Source: an uncultured Desulfospira sp.
GTDB lineage: Bacteria; Desulfobacterota; Desulfobacteria; Desulfobacterales; Desulfobacteraceae
Length of the DNA stretch: 64,000 nt
Direction: 5' to 3'
Assembly (NCBI GenBank): GCA_963663165.1
Contig: OY760175.1
Coordinates: forward strand, 5,280,001-5,344,000
Numbering within the stretch: position 1 is the stretch's first letter; every line of letters begins with the position of its first letter. This document shows, one piece after another, positions 29,588 to 39,343 of the stretch. The notes beneath the pieces are model-generated. The model did not search any database and was not told where the DNA came from. It saw nothing but the letters and a program-made list of their open reading frames with translations. The translations under genes were made by a program, and so were the position numbers.

Positions 29588-30566
29588 TACGGATAATATG
29601 GAGTTTCAGCCCATAGACCTTGGGTCCCTTGAAACTTTTGACGAGGAGGTTCAAAGCCGGGAACAGGAACCGGATTTTAACCGGTTCCAACTGCTGTTCG
29701 ACCCGGAAGAATTCAAGACTGCAATCCGGCCCGAAGATGCGTTCAGGGCCCTTTACACCGTTGAAAAGCAGGAGCGGGAAGCCTGTTTTGAACCTTTGAT
29801 AAAACTCAAAAAGCCCAAAGAACAGGTCCCTTTGGAACCGCCAGGGCCTTCTGAAGCTTTAGAATCGGAAGATCAGGACGGACAGGAACCCGAACCGACC
29901 CTGTCCCCTGAAGAGCTGGCCCTGGAGCAGGGATATCAGGACGGATTCGATCAGGGCTTTGCCAAGGGAGAAGAACAGGGGTTCAAAGAAGGAGAATCCA
30001 AGGGATTTGCCAAAGGAGAGGCAGACGGGTTTAAAAAAGGGGAGGCCGAAGGGCTGGAACAGGGCATGGTCCAGGGCCTTGAACAGGGGGAAAAACAGGG
30101 GCTGGCCAAAGGCGAACAGCAGGCACAGGAACAGGCCAGTCTAAGCCTTGACGCACTGAAAGCCGCCATGGGTAGCCTGGATACCCTGATTGAAAATCTG
30201 GTGGACAAGCATGAAGAACAGTTGCTTGAACTGGTCTTTAAAATTGCGCAAAAAGCGGTGATGGCCGCCGTGGATACCAATGACGACATCGTCCGGCAGA
30301 CCATCCTGGATGCCCTTAAATGCCTTGCCCGCCCCGAACAGATTGAGTTGAGCATTTCCCCGGAGGATTATGAATACGTTGAAATGGTAAAGGACAGTTT
30401 TTTCGAGGAAATCGGCTCGTTAAAACAGGTCAAGGTCCTGTCCGATCCCCTGGTCGCCCGGGGGGGGTGCCGGATTGAAACCGCTACCGGTGCTGTGGAA
30501 ACCGATCCTGAAACCAAACTCAAGGCAGTGTATGACGCCCTGGTCAAACCGGGGAATCAGGGGTAG
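29574..30566 (+). CDS. fliH: Flagellar export protein FliH
   Basis: Long GxxxG run, GGCRIET; start moved to ATG 29574. Confidence 0.9.
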   Translation: MSLSDTDNMEFQPIDLGSLETFDEEVQSREQEPDFNRFQLLFDPEEFKTAIRPEDAFRALYTVEKQEREACFEPLIKLKKPKEQVPLEPPGPSEALESEDQDGQEPEPTLSPEELALEQGYQDGFDQGFAKGEEQGFKEGESKGFAKGEADGFKKGEAEGLEQGMVQGLEQGEKQGLAKGEQQAQEQASLSLDALKAAMGSLDTLIENLVDKHEEQLLELVFKIAQKAVMAAVDTNDDIVRQTILDALKCLARPEQIELSISPEDYEYVEMVKDSFFEEIGSLKQVKVLSDPLVARGGCRIETATGAVETDPETKLKAVYDALVKPGNQG

Positions 30567-30568
30567 CC

Positions 30569-31930
30569 ATGAGCGTTCTGGACCGGGCTGATTTTACAAA
30601 ATATTCAGGCCTTGTGGACCGGGTCGGCGTGGTCCGGCCCGAAGGCAGAATTTCCCAGGTGGTGGGGCTGATTGCCGAAGGGAACAGCTTGGGCCTTGGC
30701 ATTGGCAGCATCTGTTCCATCATCAACGACCGGGGCGAGGCCGTTAAAGCGGAAATCGTCGGGTTCAAAGGGGAAAAAGCCCTGTTCATGCCCTATGGCG
30801 ACATCCGGGGCGTCAGCCTCGGGTCCCGGATTATCCCTGAAGCCTCCTCTCCCATGGTGGGGGTGTCTGACCAGCTCCTGGGCCGGGTGATTGACGGCAT
30901 GGGCCGTCCCATTGACGGCAAAGGAAAGATCCGGTTCGATAAGGAATATTATCTTTACGGAAAACCCATCAGCCCCCTGGACCGGGAGCCCATCAAAACC
31001 CTGCTGGACGTGGGCATCGGTGCCATCAACACCATGATCCCCCTGGGAAGGGGCCAGCGCATGGCCATCATGGCCGGCTCCGGTGTGGGCAAAAGCGTTC
31101 TCATGGGCATGATGACAAAGCACACAGCCGCCGATGTCGTGGTTATCGGACTGATTGGCGAGCGGGGCCGGGAAGTTAAGGATTTTGTGGAGGAAACCTT
31201 AAAAGAGGAGGGGCTTGGGCGCGCCGTAGTCGTGGCGGCCACATCGGATACCTCTCCTTTGGTCCGCATAAGGGGGGCGTATCTGGCCACCACCATTGCC
31301 GAATATTTCAGGGACCAGGGAAAAGATGTGCTGCTCATGGTGGATTCCATTACCCGGTTTGCCATGTCATCCCGGGATGTGGGACTCGCGGCTGGCGAGC
31401 CGCCCACCACCCGGGGGTACACCCCGTCCTTTTTTGTCCAGATCCCGGTGCTGCTGGAACGGGCGGGCAGCCTTGCCGGCGGCGGGTCCATTACCGGCAT
31501 CTACACGGTCCTGGTGGAGGGGGATGATTTAAATGATCCTGTGGGGGACACGGTCCGGTCCATTGTGGACGGCCATATTGTCCTGTCCCGGGATCTGGCC
31601 AACCGGGGCCATTATCCGGCCATTGATGTCCTGGCCAGTGTGTCCAGGGTGATGCGGGATGTCAGCACCCCGGAACATGTGGCCCTGCGGGAAAGAGCGG
31701 TGAATATCATGGCCGCTTACAGGGAAGCCGAAGACATGATCAACATCGGGGCCTATGTGGATGGCTCTGATCCGGATATCGACATGGCAAAGGCCTTGAT
31801 GCCCAAGATCAACCGGGTGTTAAAACAGCCCATTGAAAGAAAGATGAGCCTGGACCAGGGCATTGACAGCCTTAAGACAGCCCTGAATATTGAGCCCGGT
31901 CCCGGTCCTGGTAAAAAGCGAAATAAATGA
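30569..31930 (+). CDS. fliI: Flagellar export ATPase FliI
   Basis: AGSGVGKS, GERGREV, DSITRFA, GEPPTTRGY. Confidence 0.95.
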   Translation: MSVLDRADFTKYSGLVDRVGVVRPEGRISQVVGLIAEGNSLGLGIGSICSIINDRGEAVKAEIVGFKGEKALFMPYGDIRGVSLGSRIIPEASSPMVGVSDQLLGRVIDGMGRPIDGKGKIRFDKEYYLYGKPISPLDREPIKTLLDVGIGAINTMIPLGRGQRMAIMAGSGVGKSVLMGMMTKHTAADVVVIGLIGERGREVKDFVEETLKEEGLGRAVVVAATSDTSPLVRIRGAYLATTIAEYFRDQGKDVLLMVDSITRFAMSSRDVGLAAGEPPTTRGYTPSFFVQIPVLLERAGSLAGGGSITGIYTVLVEGDDLNDPVGDTVRSIVDGHIVLSRDLANRGHYPAIDVLASVSRVMRDVSTPEHVALRERAVNIMAAYREAEDMINIGAYVDGSDPDIDMAKALMPKINRVLKQPIERKMSLDQGIDSLKTALNIEPGPGPGKKRNK

Positions 31931-32385
31931 AGCGGTTTACTTTCAAATTGCAGTCTTTGCTTAATTACCGGACATACCTGGAAAAAATGGCCCGCCTGGA
32001 TGCGGCCAAGGCCGGCCGGGACCTGTCCGATTGCCAGGACCGGATTGAGCAGTGCCACCAAAGTCTTGTTGAGGCCGCCGTTAAAATGGATGAAGTGGTG
32101 GCCAAGGGAACGGACGCCCATTTTATTCAACGGTTTGTCATTTACATAAACGGTCTGAACGCGGACCTGGCAAATGAAACCAGGCTCAAACAAAAGCTTT
32201 CGGCCGTGTTAGCGGAAAAGGTTAAAGTTTTAAATCAGAAATCCAAAGAAAAGAAAGTAATGGAACGGCTCAAGGAAAAGCAGAGACTGGCATATAACCG
32301 GGAACTTCTTCGTCTGGAGCAAAAAGACCTGGATGAAATTTCTTCGCTCAAGTCGGCAAGGGAGGTGGCCAATGCAACGGAATAA
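31927..32385 (+). CDS. fliJ: Flagellar export protein FliJ
   Basis: MKRFTFKLQSLL N-terminus, coiled coil, EQKDLDE; follows fliI. Confidence 0.88.
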   Translation: MKRFTFKLQSLLNYRTYLEKMARLDAAKAGRDLSDCQDRIEQCHQSLVEAAVKMDEVVAKGTDAHFIQRFVIYINGLNADLANETRLKQKLSAVLAEKVKVLNQKSKEKKVMERLKEKQRLAYNRELLRLEQKDLDEISSLKSAREVANATE

Positions 32386-33016
32386 AAAAATAATCCCGTT
32401 TCTGATTTTATTTATCACGGCCTCAATTCTGGCCGGAACAGGGGTGAAAGATTTTTTTTATGCCGGAAATGTCCTGGCGGAGGATCCCCCCAAAGAAGCG
32501 GCCGCAAAAGAAGAGGGCAAGGCTGACCAGGGCGAGGCCGGAAAAGACGGAGAGGCCCCTCCCTGTCCGGAATGCCCCGAGTGTCCGGACCCGGCCAAGG
32601 TAGTCTTAAAAGGGCTTGAAGAAAAAAAACAGCACATTGAAGAAGAATCCAAAGAGATTGCCCGGCAAAGAAAAGACTTAGAAAAGTACGAAGAGCAGAT
32701 TGATGAAAAGCTCGCCTCCCTTGAGGCTTTAAAAAAACAGATCCAAGACGATATGGCGCTTCTGGAACAAAAGAAAACCCAGAAGGAACTTCAAGAGGAA
32801 CAGGCCTATGAAGCCCAGATGGCCAAGCTGGTCAAAATGTACGCCGGGATGAAACCCAAAAGCGCGGCCCTGATCGTGGACAAAATGAGCCTGGAAACGG
32901 CCCAGGAAATCTTCTCGCGCATGCGGGAAGCCTCGGCCTCGGATATCCTGTCCTATGTTGAATCTGAAAAGGCCGCCAAGATCAGCGAGTATCTGGCGTT
33001 TAAACAAACGCCTTAG
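32372..33016 (+). CDS. MotE/FlbB-like (MgtE N-terminal-like) flagellar protein
   Basis: Signal/TM, coiled coil, LVKMYAGMKPKSAA motif; GGAGG RBS before ATG 32372. Confidence 0.8.
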   Translation: MQRNKKIIPFLILFITASILAGTGVKDFFYAGNVLAEDPPKEAAAKEEGKADQGEAGKDGEAPPCPECPECPDPAKVVLKGLEEKKQHIEEESKEIARQRKDLEKYEEQIDEKLASLEALKKQIQDDMALLEQKKTQKELQEEQAYEAQMAKLVKMYAGMKPKSAALIVDKMSLETAQEIFSRMREASASDILSYVESEKAAKISEYLAFKQTP

Positions 33017-33035
33017 TATAACCCGAGAAAAGATA

Positions 33036-33071
33036 CGGGCCGGCTGCAGTAAAGAGACTGCAGCCGGCCCG
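33036..33071. terminator. Perfect 15-bp hairpin between convergent genes
   Basis: CGGGCCGGCTGCAGT-AAAGAG-ACTGCAGCCGGCCCG. Confidence 0.6.
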
Positions 33072-33115
33072 GTGGTCAGCACCAAAAGGCTTTGGTTGTA
33101 TCAGAACATCAGATT

Positions 33116-36100
33116 TTATTGCGCAACCCAGCCGAAATTCAAGGCCAGATCTTCCAGCGTAACGGCACCTGATCCCTGCAGAACATATTCAGCCAGATCC
33201 TTTCCGTCCACATCCCCGTCTTCGTCCAGATCCCCGGACGTGATGGATGAGAGGACAAAATCAAAGGTTGAAACCCCCTTGGCCGTCACAGTGAATTTAC
33301 AGGCCTGGCTGTCATCCCGGGTGCCGCCTTCCTGGGTCCAGTATTCATAGTAAACGCCTGAGCCGGAATCAGACGGATGGGCAAGGAGGACAAATTCCTG
33401 GTCAGCCGGGACAAGCAGGGAGAACCAACCGTCGGAATCCGTTCTGTAACCATAGCCGTTGTTATAGTCTTCGGCTTCAAAGGCTGTCACGTCAACTCCG
33501 GAAAGGGGCTGGGTCATCTGAGCATCCCTGTACACGGTTCCCTGAATCCACCCGCCGAGGGCAGGCGTAAAGTTAACAGTGCCATTAACAGGAACCGCTT
33601 GCTCGTACTCCTCCCACAGGTAACAGGTCTCTCCTGAATTAAAGGTCACCCGGTATCCGTTCAGGCTTGGTGCCGGCAGTCCGACAACCATAAAATACCC
33701 TCCATCGGTAAGTCCCACCCATCCGAGATGTTCGTTTGTGTTCCAGTCATGGACACTGATAAATGCGGATTCCAAAGATTCAGGGTTGTCTCCGGTTTCA
33801 CCCTGCACAGAACCGTAAATGGTGTTCCCGGGCTCTATTTCAATGTCACCCATATTTGTTGACGCCCCCTGGCTTACTGAAATGGAAACGGCACTTCCAC
33901 AAGTTCTTGTTGTTCCTGCATTGCCATCATACCATCCGTCAATGTAATTTTCCAAGTTGCAGGCAGGGCAGACATAGACATAAGCTTTCCCTGCAGGAAC
34001 ATTTGTTATGGTAAAATATCCATATTCGTTCGTATCCGTACTGCCGTAATGGGTTCCTTCCTCGCAGGGGTCGGAAAAAGCCTGAACTTGAATATTGGCG
34101 ACCCCTTCCGTACCCTCCCCGACAACTGCCGTAATCCGGCCGGTGATGCTTCCTGCCTGATCAAGGACAAAATCAATGTCCTCCTCCACCTCGTATCCTG
34201 CGGTCACATCGACGGCCACGGCAGCGTTACAGTCATTGGTGTTGCCGTAATACTCGTCTGTATAGGGAAGGGCAACGCCGTCTTCGGTACAGTCCACACA
34301 GGTTCTAAGGTATACTTTTCCCGTGGGCAGACCCGAAAGGGTATAATCGCCGTTCTCGTCCGTATATGTCCCGGCAAGCCATTCTCCTTCACAGGCAGAA
34401 TCTGCCACAGCGTAAATATACAGGCCTTGTATGGGATTTTCACTGGTATCCGTTACATTTCCTTTAATCCACCCGCCGGGTGCCAGGTAAAAATTCGCCT
34501 CTACGGTGTCTCCTGCAGTGGCGACTGTCACCCCCTCTGCCCCGTTACAATCCAAGCTTCCCCCTGTCGAAGACCAGTACTCGGGCAGGTAGTTCACATC
34601 GTTATCCCAATCGGGTCTGGCCTTTAAAAAATAAGTTCCTACCGGAACGGTTATGCTGTATAGCCCGGTATCATAATCGGTTGCATACCCCCCCATCGGC
34701 TCCTCATCACATTTATTTTCAAAGATTTCCACCCCAAGGGAGCCGAGAGGTGAACCGCCACCATATACATATCCCTGGATCTTGCCGCCTTTTACCGGGT
34801 TAAAGGAAATATCAGTTCCAGCAGCAACCGTGCCCTGATATTGTTCGGCAATGTAAAAAGTATCTCCGGATTCCAGGTAAACCGTGTATCCGCCTGTAGA
34901 TGCCTGCAGCCCAAGCACGGTAAAGGTTCCTCCGCTGCCTTCACCGTTTGACACAACTTCGGCCCCGCTCAGATAGTTCCCGTCTGAATCATAGACATTG
35001 ACCCACATGCCCGCCACCCCGGCATCACCGGTAACGGTGCCGGAAATCTGCTCTCCGGCAGAAATTGCAATTGATCCGACATCCACATCCGCGGATGCGT
35101 CAACCGCGATTGCCTCATTACAGTCCTGAGTGCCGGCAGCCCCGTCATGCCATTCACCAATATAGTTTTCACCATTGCATTCCGGGCAGACGTAAACATA
35201 AACCGTGGTATCCGAAGGTACCCCGGATATGGAAAAATATCCATCACCGTTCGTATCGGCCTGGCTGTACTGGGTACCGTTCCAGCATGAATCAGAGAAC
35301 ACCTGAACATGAACATTGGCAACGCCTGTATCCGTGGACCCGTCCAGAACGATCCGGCCGGAAACGGTATGGGCGGGCTCCAGGATAAAATCAATACTGC
35401 TTGTTGTCTCTCCTGCAGACACGGTTACGAACTGGGCCGACCCGCAGTCTAGGGTGTCTCCGTAATATTCATCTACATAGGGAAGGGCAGAATCACCTTC
35501 TTCCTGAATACAATCCACACAGGTCCTGAGGTATACCTTCCCTTCGGGAAGACCAGAAAGGGTGTATTTGCCAGTAGCATCCGTATAGGTGCCGCTCACC
35601 CAGATACCGTCACAGGCCGACGACCCGACTACTGCATAAATATGCAGGTTTGCAATGGGATTTTTGTCATCACTGGAATCTGTAACCGTACCTGATATAG
35701 TTCCGGCCGCTGTAAGGACAAAATTCACGTCGGATGCATCTCCATCAACTGCCAGTTCAAGATCCACGGCATCGTTGCAGTCAATGGAACCGGCCCCGCC
35801 CGAGCCTGTCCACCATTCGTTGATATAATCGTGGCCATTGCATTCGGCACAGGCGATGACATAAATCGGATCGCCCGAAGACGGCACCGTAATGGAATAA
35901 TATCCATCGTCGTCCGTAGAAGCCCCATTGAGGGAAGTCCAGTTGCAGGCATTGGAAACAGCCTCAACCCGCAGGTTTGCAATGCCGTTTCCATCTTCGT
36001 CGGTTACCCTGCCGGACACCGTACCGCTCTTGTTGGGATCAGTTTCTCCGTCATCCACCCGGCCGTTGCCGTTTGCATCCTCCTGGCCGTCGGAAAGGCC

Positions 36101-38227
36101 GTCCCCATCGGTATCCCAGTTTAAAGGATCGGTGGTTGTGGCCGTGTCCTGATCCCCGGTATAACCATCTGCATAAGCCGGAAGCTCGGCTGCTGCCAGG
36201 CCGATTTCAATGCCGTCAAGCACCCCGTCTCCATCGGTATCCGATTCCCCGGGATCGGTTTCAGGCCAGTCAACCCGGCCGTTGGCATTCAGGTCTTCAT
36301 TGCCGTCCATAATGCCGTCATCGTCCATATCCCCGTCTCCGGGATTGTACACCAGCCTTAATTCGTCAAAATCCGACAGAAGATCCCCGTCACTATCAGC
36401 AGGCGTTCCGGTATATACCTTGCTGACTTTAACCAGAATATGGTTTCCCGCATCCCCTGCGCTGCCAGTGGAATATGGATACGCCCTGGCCGTCACCGCA
36501 AAATACTCATTTTCATTGGGATAGGCAGGCGTAGTAATTTCGTGTGTGTGGGTAGCGGTTTTATTGTTGGTCAAGTCGATACAGGAAAAAACGACACGGG
36601 TGCCTGTAAAATTCAGGCCGAGCCGGTAAGGCTTTCCCTTTTCAAGACTAAAGCCTTCGGGAAGAGAAAAGGACTCATTTATCACCTCTTGAGAATTGCC
36701 ATCCGCCGTATACCTCTCCATATAATATTTTGCTTTTAAAAATTCATTGGTACCATCTGTCTTAAGATCAATCAGTACCTGGGCCCAGACCTGCCCTTCC
36801 TGGCCGTTATATCCCTCAAACCCGCTTAAGGTATCGTTATACAGATTCCCTTCCAGCCGGACCCTGGCGGTGTTGTCGGTTGCAAGAGAGGATCCATCAA
36901 TGGTCACGTCGGCATAGGCATGGGTCATTTTCCTGCCGAACTTGAGCTGATTGGTCTCCCTGCTTCCTTTGGACTCAGCCATTAAAACCGCATCGGTGCC
37001 GTCTATGATCCGCACGGTCTCGGTGGTGCGCCAGTTGGCTGAAGTCCAGGCGATGTCATCGGATTCATCCTCAAAATCATCGTAATCGGCATGGTTAAGT
37101 TTAACATTATCAAACGCTGCAGATATGCTGCAAAGTTCCATTTTATCAGTGTTCCGGTTCATTCCCGTGGTCAGGGCCGGATAGGAATCCTGACAGGCCC
37201 TCTGGTAGGCCGGAAGCCCTGTGTAGGTGACATTGCCGATTTCATTTTCCGCACCATCCAGTACCGTATAGGTTACCTGACTGCTCCCCTGGACATATCC
37301 AATTTCAAGGCTGTACCAGGTATTAAGATCAATGTCTCCAGATACAGGGATGATTCCATAATCAATGGTTTCCCAGTTCTCTCCGTCTTCATCCTGGCTC
37401 TGCTGAATTAAATACCAGAACTGCTTTTGACCATTGCGTTCCCTAAGATAAAGGCCCGTCCAGATATTTCCGAGCTTTGCAGTCGGTGCTTCCGCGGCCG
37501 CATTGTAAAGGCTGACCCCCAACCGGGCGAAAACCTGGTTGCCGGAGGCCGTGCCCCCGTCAGTATCCATGATTTTCACGTCCGCTTTAAATTGGGTGAC
37601 CACCCCGGAATAGGTCATGGTCATATGATTTCTTTCCTGGGAGTTGGAGCTTCTGAAACCGGATACCAGCACGCCGTTTTCCACCCGGCGGACATATTCA
37701 AGGGCATTCCAGGTCCGTTTCCATTTGTCGGCAAGAAACAGTCCCGAAGCATCGGAAAAATCGTCGTAATCCTGAAGGATTTCTGAGCTTTCATAGGTTG
37801 TACCGATGGAAAAGTTCTGGCCCGAAATATCTAAAGTTCCAATTGCAATGGGAGACCCGGGTGCATATCCCATAGCATCCCCATAGTCCGGCCAGTCGAA
37901 AAGTTCGTCCGAAGTCTTGCAGGAAGCGTTTCTATCGTAAAAGGCCAGAACAATAACCGCCTCAGGCAGCGCATCTCCCGTGAGCGTTAAACTGTATTCT
38001 TCACTGCAGGCATTGCCTGCTGTACAGGATTCCCCCGGAGTGATCATAGTTGAAGCCACCATGTCGCCTTCCAGATCAAACGCCGCCACATAAAGGTCGC
38101 CGCCACCCGCCACCTTAGTGAACCCAATGTTGCCGGAAAGCGTCAGTGCCCAGGCCGAAGCCCCCCATAACACGGCCAGACACATCAGAACAAAAATCAG
38201 TCCGTTTCTTTTAAACTTTCTTCCCAT
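33116..38227 (-). CDS. Large acidic secreted/surface protein: TSP3-like Ca-binding repeats, tandem carboxypeptidase-regulatory-like beta repeats, C-terminal dockerin-like tail
   Basis: GGAGG RBS and signal peptide at MGRKFK; DTDGDG..DG.E repeats; repeated GxIxGxVT..DxxGxY modules with paired Cys; GDLDEDGDVDGKDLA. Confidence 0.85.
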   Translation of the reverse strand: MGRKFKRNGLIFVLMCLAVLWGASAWALTLSGNIGFTKVAGGGDLYVAAFDLEGDMVASTMITPGESCTAGNACSEEYSLTLTGDALPEAVIVLAFYDRNASCKTSDELFDWPDYGDAMGYAPGSPIAIGTLDISGQNFSIGTTYESSEILQDYDDFSDASGLFLADKWKRTWNALEYVRRVENGVLVSGFRSSNSQERNHMTMTYSGVVTQFKADVKIMDTDGGTASGNQVFARLGVSLYNAAAEAPTAKLGNIWTGLYLRERNGQKQFWYLIQQSQDEDGENWETIDYGIIPVSGDIDLNTWYSLEIGYVQGSSQVTYTVLDGAENEIGNVTYTGLPAYQRACQDSYPALTTGMNRNTDKMELCSISAAFDNVKLNHADYDDFEDESDDIAWTSANWRTTETVRIIDGTDAVLMAESKGSRETNQLKFGRKMTHAYADVTIDGSSLATDNTARVRLEGNLYNDTLSGFEGYNGQEGQVWAQVLIDLKTDGTNEFLKAKYYMERYTADGNSQEVINESFSLPEGFSLEKGKPYRLGLNFTGTRVVFSCIDLTNNKTATHTHEITTPAYPNENEYFAVTARAYPYSTGSAGDAGNHILVKVSKVYTGTPADSDGDLLSDFDELRLVYNPGDGDMDDDGIMDGNEDLNANGRVDWPETDPGESDTDGDGVLDGIEIGLAAAELPAYADGYTGDQDTATTTDPLNWDTDGDGLSDGQEDANGNGRVDDGETDPNKSGTVSGRVTDEDGNGIANLRVEAVSNACNWTSLNGASTDDDGYYSITVPSSGDPIYVIACAECNGHDYINEWWTGSGGAGSIDCNDAVDLELAVDGDASDVNFVLTAAGTISGTVTDSSDDKNPIANLHIYAVVGSSACDGIWVSGTYTDATGKYTLSGLPEGKVYLRTCVDCIQEEGDSALPYVDEYYGDTLDCGSAQFVTVSAGETTSSIDFILEPAHTVSGRIVLDGSTDTGVANVHVQVFSDSCWNGTQYSQADTNGDGYFSISGVPSDTTVYVYVCPECNGENYIGEWHDGAAGTQDCNEAIAVDASADVDVGSIAISAGEQISGTVTGDAGVAGMWVNVYDSDGNYLSGAEVVSNGEGSGGTFTVLGLQASTGGYTVYLESGDTFYIAEQYQGTVAAGTDISFNPVKGGKIQGYVYGGGSPLGSLGVEIFENKCDEEPMGGYATDYDTGLYSITVPVGTYFLKARPDWDNDVNYLPEYWSSTGGSLDCNGAEGVTVATAGDTVEANFYLAPGGWIKGNVTDTSENPIQGLYIYAVADSACEGEWLAGTYTDENGDYTLSGLPTGKVYLRTCVDCTEDGVALPYTDEYYGNTNDCNAAVAVDVTAGYEVEEDIDFVLDQAGSITGRITAVVGEGTEGVANIQVQAFSDPCEEGTHYGSTDTNEYGYFTITNVPAGKAYVYVCPACNLENYIDGWYDGNAGTTRTCGSAVSISVSQGASTNMGDIEIEPGNTIYGSVQGETGDNPESLESAFISVHDWNTNEHLGWVGLTDGGYFMVVGLPAPSLNGYRVTFNSGETCYLWEEYEQAVPVNGTVNFTPALGGWIQGTVYRDAQMTQPLSGVDVTAFEAEDYNNGYGYRTDSDGWFSLLVPADQEFVLLAHPSDSGSGVYYEYWTQEGGTRDDSQACKFTVTAKGVSTFDFVLSSITSGDLDEDGDVDGKDLAEYVLQGSGAVTLEDLALNFGWVAQ

Positions 38228-38363
38228 CGTTGCTGCCTCCCTGGATAAAAATGTCAGCACAGCAATTTTGACCACACGCTTTTATCCCTGTGCCGAACGC
38301 TTTATACAACAAATTTATGTAAACACATTGAATTGCAATTAAACCACTATATTAGCAATTGTT

Positions 38364-38379
38364 AGCAATTATCGTACCA
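38364..38379 (-). promoter_or_regulatory. Sigma54 promoter of the large surface-protein gene
   Basis: Minus strand TGGTACGATAATTGCT, GG-N10-GC. Confidence 0.7.
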
Positions 38380-38752
38380 GGGTGTTGGTTGTTTGGATGA
38401 ACCTATTATTCGTTCAAAAAGAGAGGGGGGGATTCCCCTTTAGTGCAGTTAAAGTTGTTGGAAATAAAGCATATATTGAAAAAGAAGCGCCTCAAATTTA
38501 ATCAAACCATCCGCTGCGGCTCAAATCGACGCTGCCGGTGAAGCTGATGAAGATTTAGGAAAAAAAATACCCAGTTTTATAACCTTTTCTTCACAATATA
38601 TAATTTTTTTCCATTTTTCCATGAAGCGATGGCCAAGGAATGGGGGCAACCGTTACAAATCCACGGGAAACAAAAAGCCTTGGAAGAATTTATCAGGATG
38701 CGTATGGTGTGAAGGGTTTAATTTTAAGCCGTCAAATGATAGATCATACCAC

Positions 38753-39022
38753 ATGAAGCACTTGAATAATTTAAATGACTGGACCGTATACCTGTTAAGG
38801 TGTTCTGATAACTCATTGTACTGCGGTGTCACCAACCATCTTGAAAACAGGCTGGAGAAACACCAGCAGGGCACGGCCTCCAAATACACCCGGTCCCGTC
38901 TTCCTGTAAAACTGGCGGCGGTAAAAACAAATCTTACCAAAACCGAAGCGTACAAGCTTGAATACCGGATTAAACAGCTGCCATCAAACCAGAAAATTCA
39001 TTTTTTAAAAACCGGGGCTTAA
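38753..39022 (+). CDS. GIY-YIG nuclease family protein (UPF0213-like)
   Basis: VYLLRCSDNSLYCGVT...RLEKHQQG..SKYTRSRLPV...EYRIKQL. Confidence 0.88.
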   Translation: MKHLNNLNDWTVYLLRCSDNSLYCGVTNHLENRLEKHQQGTASKYTRSRLPVKLAAVKTNLTKTEAYKLEYRIKQLPSNQKIHFLKTGA

Positions 39023-39028
39023 AGAGAA

Positions 39029-39244
39029 ATGAGCCAGCCTGTTGAACCCGACAAAGAAGCCTTTCTGGCCCTGAAAACCACCCGCATGCCCTTTGGCAAA
39101 TACAAAGGCGTCAGCCTGATCGACTTGCCGGAACCCTATCTGGTCTGGTTCTCCCAGAACGGATTTCCAAAGGGAAAATTGGGCGATCTGATGAGTGCGG
39201 CATATGAAATTAAGGTCAACGGGCTTGAATATCTTTTTAAATAG
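39029..39244 (+). CDS. DUF3820-family small protein
   Basis: MPFGKYKG..LIDLPEPYLVWF...EIKVNGLE. Confidence 0.88.
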   Translation: MSQPVEPDKEAFLALKTTRMPFGKYKGVSLIDLPEPYLVWFSQNGFPKGKLGDLMSAAYEIKVNGLEYLFK

Positions 39245-39343
39245 TGCTTGGGCGAAAACACACCCATCTGCCACATGGCAGAAAAATTTGCATCTGGGTA
39301 ACTTTCCTCCCTGACAGGGGGGGGCAGGCATCAGATATCACCG

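Noticed and set aside
29925..30120. Periodic DNA repeat inside fliH
   Set aside because: It is the normal GxxxG repeat of FliH, only long
38753..39244. GIY-YIG plus DUF3820 as a defence or toxin-antitoxin pair
   Set aside because: Both are widespread small stand-alone families; nothing in the sequence supports a functional pair
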